Shown here: positions 8,922 through 19,022 of the stretch, piece by piece
Numbering within the stretch: the stretch's first letter is position 1
How the letters are laid out: each line of letters starts with the position of its first letter
IMG/VR virus record: IMGVR_UViG_3300010429_000409
Span: 30,540-94,539 of that record
Source: a virus
Lineage: Duplodnaviria; Caudoviricetes
DNA: 64,000 nt
Strand: one strand, 5' to 3'
Translations under genes and position numbers: made by a program
Notes under the pieces: generated by a model
What the model was told of the DNA's origin: nothing
Database searches by the model: none
What the model saw: the letters and a program-made list of their open reading frames with translations, nothing else

Positions 8922-10120
8922 CACACAACCTTCCTGGCAGAAAAGTCGCAGGTGTAACCGGCCTCCGAACCGAACAGATGGCGCACACGGCTGAAATACC
9001 ACTTGCCATCGTATGGCGGACCAAGCCCTTCAATGTCATGCTCTTGGCGTGACATCAGATTCTCGATGCCAATGACCACCCCATTCCCGGTCATGAAGTT
9101 TTCCCGGTTCCGGGCAAACCATGACTTGGCCCAGCGTTTGATCTTGGCCATGCTGTTCATGTTTCCAGCAGCTGAGAAGGCAAACGAGAAATCGCCCACG
9201 TACAATTTCACAGCTTCAGCTGAGGTGAACTGCTTCACATCTTCCTTTGGGTCACCAGCATACAACGGGTCCTCAGCTTGCGGGGAATCATCCACCTCGA
9301 TGGTGTCCTCACCAAGAGTGCCCCACCTGATTCCCTCTGATGTCTGGTAGTATCCCAACGCCTGGACTCTGAGCTTGGTGAACTTCTCCGTGAAATTCAT
9401 CTCAGGCTCGAATCGCATCAGGGTGCTCAATTCCTTGGCCCCATATTTGAACTTGTAGCGTTTGACCTGATTCTTGAGGATGTTGGCTGGGTCCTTGAAG
9501 TGCAGGGTCCACACGCCTTTGACATCAGCATCCACCCACATGTAGAACCCTGTCAGGTTGGACAAACCACGCAGATACTCAGCCGCTGTCATCCCGGCTG
9601 GCCAATCTAGGTTGCCCACCTCATCAAGGTCGATGGGGTCAACATCCGTCTGCAGCCCAAGGTCAGAACCGATCTTGGCCACAGCATCCCCGATGGTGAT
9701 GTCACCAAAAGTTGTCAGGATCTTTTTCTTCTGGCCCTTGGCCTTTTCAACTGTCCCTTCCTCATCAGGGTCCGGCTGCTTGTGAGCAAACACCCAGTCT
9801 TTTGAATAGCCCATGATCTCCAGGGATGGCACGCCATCCTCCGGGAAATTGATCTTGGGCCGCACAATCACCACCCGGCCGATGTGGGACAGCTTCTGCC
9901 CCCAACCCAGCCACAACGACACCTCGTTGTATGGTTGAAAGATTTTGGATGAAGAAAGCACCATGTCCGGATTGGACACCACAATCTTCATCACATCAGC
10001 GATTGAATCGCTGCTCTCATACTCGATTGATTGGATGAAGTCAGACACATTGGCAGTAACATCCTGCCCTTCCACATGGACCGCAAACCCAGCTGCCACG
10101 TTGTCAGGGAATTCAGCCAT
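8921..10120 (-). CDS. Baseplate hub protein (P2 gpD/late control D-like)
   Basis: C-terminal IEGLGPPYDGKWYFSRVRHLFGSEAGYTCDF; lies between tube initiator and spike. Confidence 0.8.
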   Translation of the reverse strand: MAEFPDNVAAGFAVHVEGQDVTANVSDFIQSIEYESSDSIADVMKIVVSNPDMVLSSSKIFQPYNEVSLWLGWGQKLSHIGRVVIVRPKINFPEDGVPSLEIMGYSKDWVFAHKQPDPDEEGTVEKAKGQKKKILTTFGDITIGDAVAKIGSDLGLQTDVDPIDLDEVGNLDWPAGMTAAEYLRGLSNLTGFYMWVDADVKGVWTLHFKDPANILKNQVKRYKFKYGAKELSTLMRFEPEMNFTEKFTKLRVQALGYYQTSEGIRWGTLGEDTIEVDDSPQAEDPLYAGDPKEDVKQFTSAEAVKLYVGDFSFAFSAAGNMNSMAKIKRWAKSWFARNRENFMTGNGVVIGIENLMSRQEHDIEGLGPPYDGKWYFSRVRHLFGSEAGYTCDFSARKVV

Positions 10121-10123
10121 CAG

Positions 10124-10891
10124 CTACCCCAACACCACATGCGATAGGAAGCTGCGATTGCGCTTGTCGAACATGTCCAGCCGGAGCCTCCGCTGCGGTG
10201 TGTCCTTGGGGGTGTATCCATTCCCCAACTGGATGCTCTTCTGCTCCACCACCTCAGTCCTCAGCGCCCCGATGGAAGGCAGCTTGATGACATCGCCCGT
10301 GATCAGATTGGGCATCGATGGGTTGCGCTTCCGGATGATGTCACCCATGAGCGGGTCACCGTATTCACGGTGGCAAATCAGCTCATAGTAGTCACCGAAT
10401 TTGGCGTGGTGATACCTGGACTCACCGGGCGCCACTGTCTCCAGCGACCAGGGGACAAACTCCTTGAGGGTGACTTCAAACGACACCTCGTGGAGTGAAC
10501 CATCACCCCTTGGCTCACCGTATGCGATGTTGCTGATGGACTCGATGAAACACTTGCGCAGCCGGAGGTGCGAGTCACCAACCCAGAACGCCAAGATGGG
10601 TGGCCGCTTGAGGTCCGGGTCCATCTTGGCCCATGACACCAGCAGATCCAACTTTTTGAGCACGGTGTCAAAAATGGTCTCAGCAAAGAATCGCCCCCGG
10701 AATGAGACCACCTCCGCATTGCCTCTGATGAACTGATGGATGGGATTGGGCCTGGTTGGGGTGGAAGCCTCCGCCCAGGATGCAGTGACTGTCCTGGTCA
10801 CGTCCTCGGCCGGGAATTGTCCGCTCAATTCCTCGCCAGTGATTTCATAGTCCGCCAGCACCCAAGTTTTCAGCGGATTGCCCATGGCCAC
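10124..10891 (-). CDS. Tail tube initiator with LysM-like domain (gpU/gpX-like)
   Basis: PIHQFIRGNAEVVSF...RPPILAFWVG, and C-terminal GDYYELICHREYGDP..GDII...NP...LITGDVIKLP. Follows the tape measure gene. Confidence 0.75.
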   Translation of the reverse strand: MAMGNPLKTWVLADYEITGEELSGQFPAEDVTRTVTASWAEASTPTRPNPIHQFIRGNAEVVSFRGRFFAETIFDTVLKKLDLLVSWAKMDPDLKRPPILAFWVGDSHLRLRKCFIESISNIAYGEPRGDGSLHEVSFEVTLKEFVPWSLETVAPGESRYHHAKFGDYYELICHREYGDPLMGDIIRKRNPSMPNLITGDVIKLPSIGALRTEVVEQKSIQLGNGYTPKDTPQRRLRLDMFDKRNRSFLSHVVLG

Positions 10892-10897
10892 CTCTCA

Positions 10898-13321
10898 TCA
10901 CGGACGGGTCGGCAACGCGGCATACTCGGCCGCTGCTCTGCGTTGCCACCAGTTGGCCTTGAATCCGGCCCGCTCCTGGATTTCCTTGTTCTGGTTGGCA
11001 ACAGCAAAGGCCACCTCTTTGCCGTTCACACACATGGAGTTTTTGATTTCCAGCTGGCGCTTGTCCTCCAGCTTCACATCCACATTGACTTGGGGGCGCT
11101 TTTCACGCTTCCCGCCAACCTCCATCTCAGCTTCCCGGCTTGCTTCCTCTTGCAGCTTGACCCACTTTTCAGCCTCCGCCTTCAGTTCTTTCTGGTGCTG
11201 CTTGCTCTGCTCAGCAATCATGTTCCTGATGCGGTTGATGCGTCTGGCTTCCTTCCTGTATTCATCCTCGCCAATGATGCCGAGGTCCTGCTTGATTCCA
11301 ATCCACACAGACTCCACATCTGCAAAAAAGTCCTCAAGGCTGTCTCTGGACTCAATGATCCACTTGCCGATTGCATCAAAGAATCCGGCAATGACATTCA
11401 TCACCTTGAGGAAGGTGGAGCCAATGAACTTCCCAGCATCATGGAATCCGGCCTTCATGTGCCCAGTGGTTTCAGTTGTGTCTCTGAACAGCCAGCCAAA
11501 GAGTGAATCAAAAATCCTCCCGATGGCTGAGAAGATTTGCTTGATGGTCACCCACACCTGGCCCCACATGGACATGAAGCCTCTGATGAACTCCCCGATG
11601 GTGTCATCCAGGAAGGTGAAGATTTTGGCGAATACATCCATGATGCCTTCGCCTTCCTTCTTGGTTGCTATGAGCATCCCAATCAGCAACGCAAAAGCAA
11701 TCCCAAGCGGGGACAGGAAAGCAGCCTTGATGAACAGCGCCATCCCCTTCAAGAGGTGCAGGATTCCAACCAAAGCTGGCCACAGGATCTTCTTGGCAAT
11801 CAGCCCGATGATTGCCATGGCCCCGCCAACAGGAATCAAGATGGTGCTGAAGGCAGCAAACTTGGCCACAAACTCTGAAATCTTCCCGTACACCTTTGGG
11901 CCAAATGCACTCTTCAGGCTGTTCCCGAAGTTGGACACCGTCTCAATCAACCCAGCCCAGGCATCCTTCATCCACTTGGCAGCGTTCACCAGCCCCATGG
12001 CAATCGACGGGATGGCCTCGCCGTGCTTCTCAGCCAACTCGCCCAGAATCCGCTCCTGCTCGTTGGCATCCCCCTGGGCAGCTGACAATGCTCGGAAGGA
12101 AGCCACGATGGCCTCCACTCCCAAGAATGCGCTCTTGATCATGTCGCTCAAAGGCTCCAACACCGGAGCCATGAACAGCTTGGCGCCTTCCTCGATTCCA
12201 CCCTTGAGTCTGCCCCAATAGTCCAGGATGTTCTTGTGGCGCTCATCGGCCATCCGCTCCGCAGCGCCGGTCACGTCATCCAATGACTCCATCGTTTTTT
12301 GGTATGTCTCAGCCTGCCTGTTCAAGGCGTTGTACACGCGGGAACCTTTGATGCCAAACAACTCCTGGATCAATGCCGTCCGCTTGTACTGGTTGGGGAT
12401 GGCATCCAATCGCTTTTGAAACTGTCCAACAATCTTGTTCAGCGGCAGCATCTTTCCTGACGCATCCGTCATGGAAATGCCCCACTGCTGTATGGTCTGT
12501 TGGGCAATTGCGCTTGGCTTCATCAGCCGATTGAACATGTCACCCAGAGCCAGCCCGGCCCGCTTGCCACGCTCCCCTTCCCTCGACATGATGCCAAAGA
12601 TGGCCGCTGTATCCTCGACACTGAGCCCCAGGTCCCTGGCAACAACTCCGCCCTCCTTGAAAGTCGTGGCCAGTTCCTTCATGTTGATTCCGGACTGCTG
12701 CGAGACAACGGTGAAAACATCGACCGTCTTGGACAGATCGCTGAAATCCATCCCCATCCTGCGTACCACAGGCATCAGGACATCAGCCGCCTCGCCCATG
12801 TCGATGGCCATGGCAGCTGCAAAGTTTGAAACACCTCCGATGCCCTTCATGATCTCTTCATATCGGGCTCCGGCCACAGCCATCCGGTTCATTCCCCGGA
12901 TTGCCTCTTCAGTTCCTTGCCAGCCGGAGGTGCCGATGTCTTTGGCACGCTCTGTGATGACCTTCAACTGCTCGGCCGTGAGGTTGGCTTCAGCCGATAG
13001 GTTGGACAGGCTTTTTTGCTCTTGCGCTGCGCCCTTCAGCGCCTTCATCATGCCATATGCCATGGGCAAGGCGGCAACAAACAACCCCATGGCAGCTGCT
13101 TTGAGCTTCCCTAGCCCAAGCCCGATTGCAGCAAATGCAGGGCCAAAATTGGTGATGAGGTGGGCCTTGACTCTCATGGCAGCAGCGCCAACCGTGGTTG
13201 CCATGGTCTGCGCTGCTACAGAAAGCCTCCGGAATCCTGCTTGAGCGGTCTGGAGCCCCACCATTGCTGGGTTGGAGTTGAAGGTGAGCACCCCGCCAAG
13301 TCCGATGCTCTCAAAAGCCAT
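10898..13321 (-). CDS. Tail tape measure protein (TP901-type core)
   Basis: 807-aa helical Ala/Gly-rich protein with G.RGKRAG.AL, D.SGKMLPL..IV and ELFG motifs; follows the chaperone. Confidence 0.9.
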   Translation of the reverse strand: MAFESIGLGGVLTFNSNPAMVGLQTAQAGFRRLSVAAQTMATTVGAAAMRVKAHLITNFGPAFAAIGLGLGKLKAAAMGLFVAALPMAYGMMKALKGAAQEQKSLSNLSAEANLTAEQLKVITERAKDIGTSGWQGTEEAIRGMNRMAVAGARYEEIMKGIGGVSNFAAAMAIDMGEAADVLMPVVRRMGMDFSDLSKTVDVFTVVSQQSGINMKELATTFKEGGVVARDLGLSVEDTAAIFGIMSREGERGKRAGLALGDMFNRLMKPSAIAQQTIQQWGISMTDASGKMLPLNKIVGQFQKRLDAIPNQYKRTALIQELFGIKGSRVYNALNRQAETYQKTMESLDDVTGAAERMADERHKNILDYWGRLKGGIEEGAKLFMAPVLEPLSDMIKSAFLGVEAIVASFRALSAAQGDANEQERILGELAEKHGEAIPSIAMGLVNAAKWMKDAWAGLIETVSNFGNSLKSAFGPKVYGKISEFVAKFAAFSTILIPVGGAMAIIGLIAKKILWPALVGILHLLKGMALFIKAAFLSPLGIAFALLIGMLIATKKEGEGIMDVFAKIFTFLDDTIGEFIRGFMSMWGQVWVTIKQIFSAIGRIFDSLFGWLFRDTTETTGHMKAGFHDAGKFIGSTFLKVMNVIAGFFDAIGKWIIESRDSLEDFFADVESVWIGIKQDLGIIGEDEYRKEARRINRIRNMIAEQSKQHQKELKAEAEKWVKLQEEASREAEMEVGGKREKRPQVNVDVKLEDKRQLEIKNSMCVNGKEVAFAVANQNKEIQERAGFKANWWQRRAAAEYAALPTRP

Positions 13322-13330
13322 TGCCCAGCC

Positions 13331-13480
13331 TCACTTCTTGTTGTACGCCTTCCACTCTTTTCGCTTCTGCTTCAGCATCCGCTCCAAGTACCACTCCCGG
13401 TCAGCCGAAGGCATTTCTTCAATGTCCCTGTATGTCAAACCCTTCATGTTGTACATCAACATGAACACCTCTTCCCGCAT
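13331..13480 (-). CDS. Second tail-assembly chaperone segment (frameshift extension or coupled 49-aa ORF; not in ORF track)
   Basis: MREEVFMLMYNMKGLTYRDIEEMPSADREWYLERMLKQKRKEWKAYNKK*, in the -1 frame of the upstream chaperone. Confidence 0.75.
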   Translation of the reverse strand: MREEVFMLMYNMKGLTYRDIEEMPSADREWYLERMLKQKRKEWKAYNKK

Positions 13481-14331
13481 CAAGTCCCTGCTCTTGATCG
13501 GGAAGAGACACCGAAAAAACCCTCACCCGTCCAGTCGATGGATGCCTTGAAGTCCTGCTTGCACTTCTTGCACCTGGCATCCACGGACAAATCGGCCCCA
13601 ACCGCGTTGAGGTCGATGAGAGCAGCCAGGCGCTCGAAATCCAGCTTGTGCATCATGTCCAGTTCTGTCGGTGCCAACACCACCTGCCCCTCGATGCCTT
13701 CGATGCCGATGACAGAGCCATGGATCATGGCAGCCTTGATCTCGCCCGGGTTCCGCCCCATGTTGTCGGTGACAGCTTCCAGGGTTGCCCAACGCGGAGG
13801 TCCGATGAGCAGCTTGGTGGCCTTCTTGGACCTCACATCAAACGGCCTGCGAGGCTCGAACCACCACTGGGCTTCCTCCGCCTTTGCCACAGCCCTGATC
13901 ACCGTCGTGCCTAGATCGGCCTCAAAAGGCACTTCTGCCAGGCAGGCTGGACACCGGAGGTCCATGCCCACATTCTCCCCCATGGTCTGCACCCGCAGCC
14001 AGATATAGGCAAAGAACACGTCAGCCATCCACATCTGGCCGATGGCCGCCTGCCGCTCCGGTTCCTTCATGGTGGTGAAGTCATATGGCCCCAACTTGGT
14101 GCACATCACGGACAGCACGCTGGGGACATATTGGCTGACCTTGGCGCCCTTCAGCCGGTCGATGAGCGCCCCCACCTCCCGTTCCTCTTTCATGCGCCAC
14201 TCACGCACCTCGATGGTGCGGTTGGGCGCCCCAGACTTGTCGATGATCCCCACTGGAAGGGTGGGGCCATTGTCAACCAAGGACTTGTCCGTGGTGACGA
14301 TGGTTCGCTTGATCTCAGGAATCTGGTTCAC
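13480..14331 (-). CDS. Tail assembly chaperone (T4 gp26-like, two CxxC-containing halves)
   Basis: Between tube and tape measure; VREWRMKEER, CPAC and CKKC motifs; ends near a slippery GGGTTTTTTC. Confidence 0.75.
   Translation of the reverse strand: MNQIPEIKRTIVTTDKSLVDNGPTLPVGIIDKSGAPNRTIEVREWRMKEEREVGALIDRLKGAKVSQYVPSVLSVMCTKLGPYDFTTMKEPERQAAIGQMWMADVFFAYIWLRVQTMGENVGMDLRCPACLAEVPFEADLGTTVIRAVAKAEEAQWWFEPRRPFDVRSKKATKLLIGPPRWATLEAVTDNMGRNPGEIKAAMIHGSVIGIEGIEGQVVLAPTELDMMHKLDFERLAALIDLNAVGADLSVDARCKKCKQDFKASIDWTGEGFFGVSSRSRAGT
13513..13522 (-). promoter_or_regulatory. Programmed -1 ribosomal frameshift slippery site GGGTTTTTTC
   Basis: In-frame heptamers G GGT TTT and T TTT TTC; the -1 frame is open to 13331. 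Confidence 0.7.
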
Positions 14332-14411
14332 GGTTCACCTCCAGTTGGCACAACCTCCGGCTGCGCCTTGTTAGGTCCAACCGTTCAGGAAGGCTTGACA
14401 CCTCCGCCAGG

Positions 14412-14849
14412 TCAGATGGGCAGGATGTCGTCCGCTCTGAACGTCCACTCCACAGCCGCCATCTCACCCTCGTTGGCCATCTCCAGGTCCGGCAGCGCCC
14501 GCTTGCTGGGGAACAGCCCCAACAGGCTGTAGGTGCGCAGCACGTTGCCCGTGATGGACTGGTGCACGAGGGTCGCAGGCAACTTGTAGGTCGGCAGCAC
14601 CGGGTCCTGCGCTGAACTGAACCACAGCTCCATGGCGGCCTGTTCCGCAAGGTGGTGCATCGGCAGCTTGCCGGTGAACTCGATGGCCTTGGTGTTGCCG
14701 CCCGAGGCCACGGTGCGGTCAGGCAGTTCCGCCACCTCCAACTCTTCCTCGATGCCGCTCACCTCCGTGAAGGTCAACGGAGGCATCCCAAGCACCAGCA
14801 GCTGGTACTTGTTCACTGGGATGTGGTCACCCTGAATCGCGCCTTTCAT
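14412..14849 (-). CDS. Tail tube protein (T4 gp19-like)
   Basis: 145 aa directly after sheath; FTEVSGIEEE...YSLLGLFPSK..LPDL......MAAVEWTF. Confidence 0.88.
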   Translation of the reverse strand: MKGAIQGDHIPVNKYQLLVLGMPPLTFTEVSGIEEELEVAELPDRTVASGGNTKAIEFTGKLPMHHLAEQAAMELWFSSAQDPVLPTYKLPATLVHQSITGNVLRTYSLLGLFPSKRALPDLEMANEGEMAAVEWTFRADDILPI

Positions 14850-14883
14850 GGTATCACCTCGCCCTTTCCCTTGTCAGCGTTGG

Positions 14884-17163
14884 TCACGCCACCGACTCAA
14901 AGATGCCCATCTTGCCGATCATGATGTTGAACCGCTCCACGGTGTCGGCCAGACGCAGGCTGATCTTGGCGTTCATGTCGCCAGCCGCCCGAGTGGCGTC
15001 GGTGTTGATCTCGCTGTCCACCTTGATGATGGCAGCATCCTCGAACGTCTTGCCACGGATGGCCCGCTTGCGCCACTCGGGCAGGAAGAAATCCTTGAGC
15101 GAGGTGACAGCCTTCTTGTCGGTGATGGGGTCATTCAACTGGAAGATGATCCAGTCAAAGTTTTCCTGGAGCACGTGCTCATAGTAGCTCATCAACTCCC
15201 GCTGGTGCTTGAACTTCCAGTTGGAGTCCACCCACAGGGTCCGATCACCCCAGATGATGAAGTTGCCCTTGACTTTCTTCACCACGTTGATGCCCAGCGG
15301 GTTCAGGTATTCCTCGTTGAGGATGGCATCCCCGGTCGGCAGCTTCAACACCTTGGGCAGGGTGGCAGTGATGCCTGCCTCGGCCATGTGGTAGCCCAGG
15401 TTGTCCTGAGCCATCCGCGCCTCCCGGCCGTGGATCTGGCCGGTGAGGGTGACCAGCTTGAGCTTGCCGGTGGTGCTGGCCTCGGGGTCAGCCACATAGC
15501 CATAGGACGGGAACGCCACCACAGCGAAGTCATTGCGCCCCAGGGTGTCGTTGATGTAGGCGTCCGCATCCGCCTCCGTCACCTTGTTGTCGGGCACCTC
15601 GTACCTGTACTGGTGGTTTTTGCCCTCAGCATAGGCAGCGCCCGCCTTCTGGACAGCGGTGGAGGTCACACCCGGGGTGGCAAACTTGATCAGCCCCATG
15701 TTCTTGCCAGCGATGCGGTTGAACGGGCTGTTGGACGTGTCCCAGGCCTGGCTGTTGTAGTCGCTGTCCAAGATGCTGGCATGGCCATCCCGGCCTCCGG
15801 CCATCTCCAGCGGGGCAACCACCATGAACTGATCATCGGCAGCCGCCACGCTGGTCATGTCGGAACCATCCGCCACGGTGATGGTCTTGTGGTCGTTGTC
15901 CACGATGCGATAGAAGGTGCGTGCCGAATTGGCCTTGTCGGGGTACACCACGCCATCGATCAGAGAATCCGGGGTGAGTGGCTTGTACACCAGCTTCATC
16001 ACATCCCCGGCCTCCAACACGGTGGTGCCGTTGGTGATGGTAAACGGAGGGGTCCACTTGTTGTTGGGAGCGAACAGCGTGCCCACGGTGACCTCGCCCA
16101 GGGCACCGTACTTGTCCGACACAGCATCACCCAAGGTGGGCGCGGTCATGGTGATGGTGATGATCTGCTCATCATGGTTGTCGGTGGTGGTGCCCAGCGC
16201 CACGGTCGGATCGGCATCCCCGGTCGTCACGCTGAACTCGTGGATGACAGGCGTCAGCACGGTGGCGGTGACCGTTCCGATCTTGCCCCACACATTGGCC
16301 GGGCGAACATCGGCCGCATGGGCGCCAGTCCAGAGGTCCACAGCCTCCACCTCATCGTTGTTGCCATCGTTGTTGATGACGTTCACCCAGTACCTGGGAT
16401 CAGTCGGGTTGGTGGACAGGTTGGGCCACTTGTTCGCCAACTCGCCGTTGACGTACACGTACAACCCAAACTCCGTGGTGGGCTTGTCCTCGCCGTCCCG
16501 CACCTCATAGGACAGCGCCTTGTCGCCGTTCTCCAGGTACAGATAGAACCGGAGATTGGTGGGATCGGCCGCAGCCGTCCAATCATCCTTCATGGTGGCA
16601 TCGGCCGCCACGGTGATGACTCCGGCAACGGTGTTGCTCACCACCTCATACCGCTTGTTGGACACGGCATCCAACTCCACCCAACCGCCCTTCAGCTCAT
16701 CCTTCTTGAGGGTGAGGCCCGTGGTGAGGGTGACGTTGGTGATGTCGCCCGAGGCAGACACATCGCCCGTCCGCTTCTGCGCCGCGCCGCCCCACCTGCC
16801 GCCGTTCTTGGCCTTGAGGGTGCCCATGGGCGTCTTGATGATCTTGCGGCAGTACAGGGTGGCCTGGGCCTGCAGCTCATCCCCATCGGTGACTCGCACC
16901 AGGAAGATTCCGCCTGCGCCAAGGGCGCCATCATAGAAGTCGATGGCGGCATCAGGCACCTGGGACTCGGGGATGTATCCGCCGCACTTCTTGATGAAGG
17001 CGCTCTTGGAAGAGCACTGGATCAACTCCCCAACAGGCCCACGCTCCAGCATGCCAGCATAGCCAACCCAACCAAGCGCACCTGGCGTGATGGGCTTGTC
17101 ACCTTCCAGCTCCGTGACGCTCACACCAGCCCCGCGCACTGGTCCATATCTCCGCTGTGCCAT
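14884..17163 (-). CDS. Contractile tail sheath protein
   Basis: GVSVTEL N-terminus; ERGPVG; LNPLGINVV...IIWGDRTL...W..F..ND C-terminal sheath motifs. Confidence 0.93.
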   Translation of the reverse strand: MAQRRYGPVRGAGVSVTELEGDKPITPGALGWVGYAGMLERGPVGELIQCSSKSAFIKKCGGYIPESQVPDAAIDFYDGALGAGGIFLVRVTDGDELQAQATLYCRKIIKTPMGTLKAKNGGRWGGAAQKRTGDVSASGDITNVTLTTGLTLKKDELKGGWVELDAVSNKRYEVVSNTVAGVITVAADATMKDDWTAAADPTNLRFYLYLENGDKALSYEVRDGEDKPTTEFGLYVYVNGELANKWPNLSTNPTDPRYWVNVINNDGNNDEVEAVDLWTGAHAADVRPANVWGKIGTVTATVLTPVIHEFSVTTGDADPTVALGTTTDNHDEQIITITMTAPTLGDAVSDKYGALGEVTVGTLFAPNNKWTPPFTITNGTTVLEAGDVMKLVYKPLTPDSLIDGVVYPDKANSARTFYRIVDNDHKTITVADGSDMTSVAAADDQFMVVAPLEMAGGRDGHASILDSDYNSQAWDTSNSPFNRIAGKNMGLIKFATPGVTSTAVQKAGAAYAEGKNHQYRYEVPDNKVTEADADAYINDTLGRNDFAVVAFPSYGYVADPEASTTGKLKLVTLTGQIHGREARMAQDNLGYHMAEAGITATLPKVLKLPTGDAILNEEYLNPLGINVVKKVKGNFIIWGDRTLWVDSNWKFKHQRELMSYYEHVLQENFDWIIFQLNDPITDKKAVTSLKDFFLPEWRKRAIRGKTFEDAAIIKVDSEINTDATRAAGDMNAKISLRLADTVERFNIMIGKMGIFESVA

Positions 17164-17169
17164 TTGTAT

Positions 17170-18414
17170 TTACCTCCCAAGTTCAAGGTTTGAATCGCCA
17201 GTCGTTTTCAGCGTTTTCACAGCGTATCCTGCCTTGCTGTCACGCAAGTAGAATACTGCTCCCGCTATGGTGAAGCGAATCCTGCCCGTGTTGAGGTCGG
17301 CCACATTGGGTGCGTTGCTTGATTCATACTCCCCGACCATCCACAGTCTGAATTCCTCATCCAAACCTGTGGATTTCAGCAACGGGTTATTCAGGAAAAA
17401 TCGCTTGAATTCATCCGCCATCCGGGCTTGGTCTGTCGCTTTGTCAGTCACCAAAATAGCAGTGAAGTCAAAGTTGCCCTGAACAGGCGGAGGCAGCGTG
17501 ACACCAATTCCGCTCGTTGGATCAATCACTGAATCTTGGCACCCGCGCTCCGTTCCGTTGAGAACAAAATCTTGGAGCAGAATGCATGGGACTTTTTTGA
17601 TCTCAGTGTACGATTGGGATGTGGTGACTGCAACCTCGGGCTCGTATTGGAACCTGACCCACACAGTTTTCCCAGCGTCCACAGAACCAGTCAGTGTGAT
17701 CGTCTTGTTCGCAGGGTTCCATGAAGAGTAGATGTCCACCCAATGATTCGGGTCATCGGTGTGATTGAACACAGCGTCGATGGCAGCGATGTTGTAGGGT
17801 GTCTCCAACTTGTAGGCCACCCCGAGGTCCAGAGTGCTTGTGGCAGCCGTCAGCTTGATGGGATAATCAGCAATGGGCCTGATTCCGGAGCGCATCAGCG
17901 GGATCAACGATCTGAAGATCAAATCCTCCTGGAACTCAATCGTTGAATCCCAAAGCACCTTGGCCCTGTACAACTTGGGCGTGTATGCCTTGTTGTTCGT
18001 CTTGAGATTGATGATGACCTGCAGCTTCCGGGAAGTCACAGGGAAGGATGCGATGTGCGCTGACACTTCTGCTCCTGTGTTCCAGTGCGCAGTATCAACC
18101 ACCCACGCAGAACCATTCCACCAACGCTCATTTGTCCCATCGCCCAATCGGAAGCCAAGGGCAGATTGGGCAACCCCATCAACCTTCGCATGCACTGCAT
18201 CAACCTGGAAGAGCAGCCATTGGCGGAGGCTGGTTGGATCTGTCACCCAAGTCTTGGCATACAAATCGTTGTCTGTGGGGTATTCCCCATTGATGTCAGC
18301 AATCAATTCCAAGCAGTGCTCTTCCTCGCTCAACCGAACGCTTGGCCCAAGAGTCATGCGTGGGCGCCGGTCGGAGGTGAACTCAAACAGCTTGATCATT
18401 TTCCGGGTGCGCAT
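17170..18414 (-). CDS. Putative tail terminator/completion protein with N-terminal extra domains
   Basis: Immediately precedes sheath; C-terminal PCILLQDF...PPPVQGNFDF..IL segment like tail-terminator proteins. Confidence 0.5.
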   Translation of the reverse strand: MRTRKMIKLFEFTSDRRPRMTLGPSVRLSEEEHCLELIADINGEYPTDNDLYAKTWVTDPTSLRQWLLFQVDAVHAKVDGVAQSALGFRLGDGTNERWWNGSAWVVDTAHWNTGAEVSAHIASFPVTSRKLQVIINLKTNNKAYTPKLYRAKVLWDSTIEFQEDLIFRSLIPLMRSGIRPIADYPIKLTAATSTLDLGVAYKLETPYNIAAIDAVFNHTDDPNHWVDIYSSWNPANKTITLTGSVDAGKTVWVRFQYEPEVAVTTSQSYTEIKKVPCILLQDFVLNGTERGCQDSVIDPTSGIGVTLPPPVQGNFDFTAILVTDKATDQARMADEFKRFFLNNPLLKSTGLDEEFRLWMVGEYESSNAPNVADLNTGRIRFTIAGAVFYLRDSKAGYAVKTLKTTGDSNLELGR

Positions 18415-19022
18415 CAGGCAGCACCTCGTTGAGCTTTGGACAGCGCATCAGTCCAAATCTTCTGCGCTCTGACTTGAAGGCTGGCCTTCTCAAACGTCAT
18501 CTTGGCAAACGGTCGGGAGGGGATGATGATGTGCGTGGTGCCATCGCCCAGTGGCAACCATCCGCCTGGCATCCTGCTCCACAACTCAGCAGCCCGGCCT
18601 TCCAGGTCAGTTGGATCAACCGAACCTTCGGAGGCCAGCCACAAGATGAAGAACAGCCCACGCATCTTTGATGTCACAGCAATCTCAGCGCCCTCGTGCA
18701 GCGTCATGGCGATGTCATACACACCCGATGACCGGAGCACACCAACAAATACGCTGTAGTCACGCTGGTACTGCGATGTGATGGCTTTGAACAGATACCC
18801 TTTGTCAACCAAAGGCTTGGTGGACTTCTTGATTGAAGTGGTCAGGTCCGCATTGGCTTCCATTTTGCCATCACGGATGGTTTCACGCATCTCTTTTTCA
18901 GCCAGTTTGCCGACCACCTTGGTGGCCTTGCGCATGGCCATCCTGATGCGCTTCTGGAACAGTTTGCCGTTCCACGTCCGTTCCAACTTTCCCCATCCTG
19001 CATCCTTCTTGAAAGCCATCAT
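18414..19022 (-). CDS. Neck/virion morphogenesis protein (HK97 gp10 / P2 gpS-like)
   Basis: KKSTKPLVDKGYL..AIT, HEGA, IIIPSRPF motifs. Confidence 0.75.
   Translation of the reverse strand: MMAFKKDAGWGKLERTWNGKLFQKRIRMAMRKATKVVGKLAEKEMRETIRDGKMEANADLTTSIKKSTKPLVDKGYLFKAITSQYQRDYSVFVGVLRSSGVYDIAMTLHEGAEIAVTSKMRGLFFILWLASEGSVDPTDLEGRAAELWSRMPGGWLPLGDGTTHIIIPSRPFAKMTFEKASLQVRAQKIWTDALSKAQRGAA

Noticed and set aside
14848-17193. Long plus-strand ORFs (781 aa here; also 25294-26872, 27577-29151, 51492-55275)
   Set aside because: Antisense shadows of G/C-biased minus-strand genes; no RBS or recognisable motifs.
1-18414. Extracellular contractile injection system or tailocin
   Set aside because: The tail genes resemble such systems, but terminase, portal, protease, capsid and replication genes are contiguous, so this is a phage.
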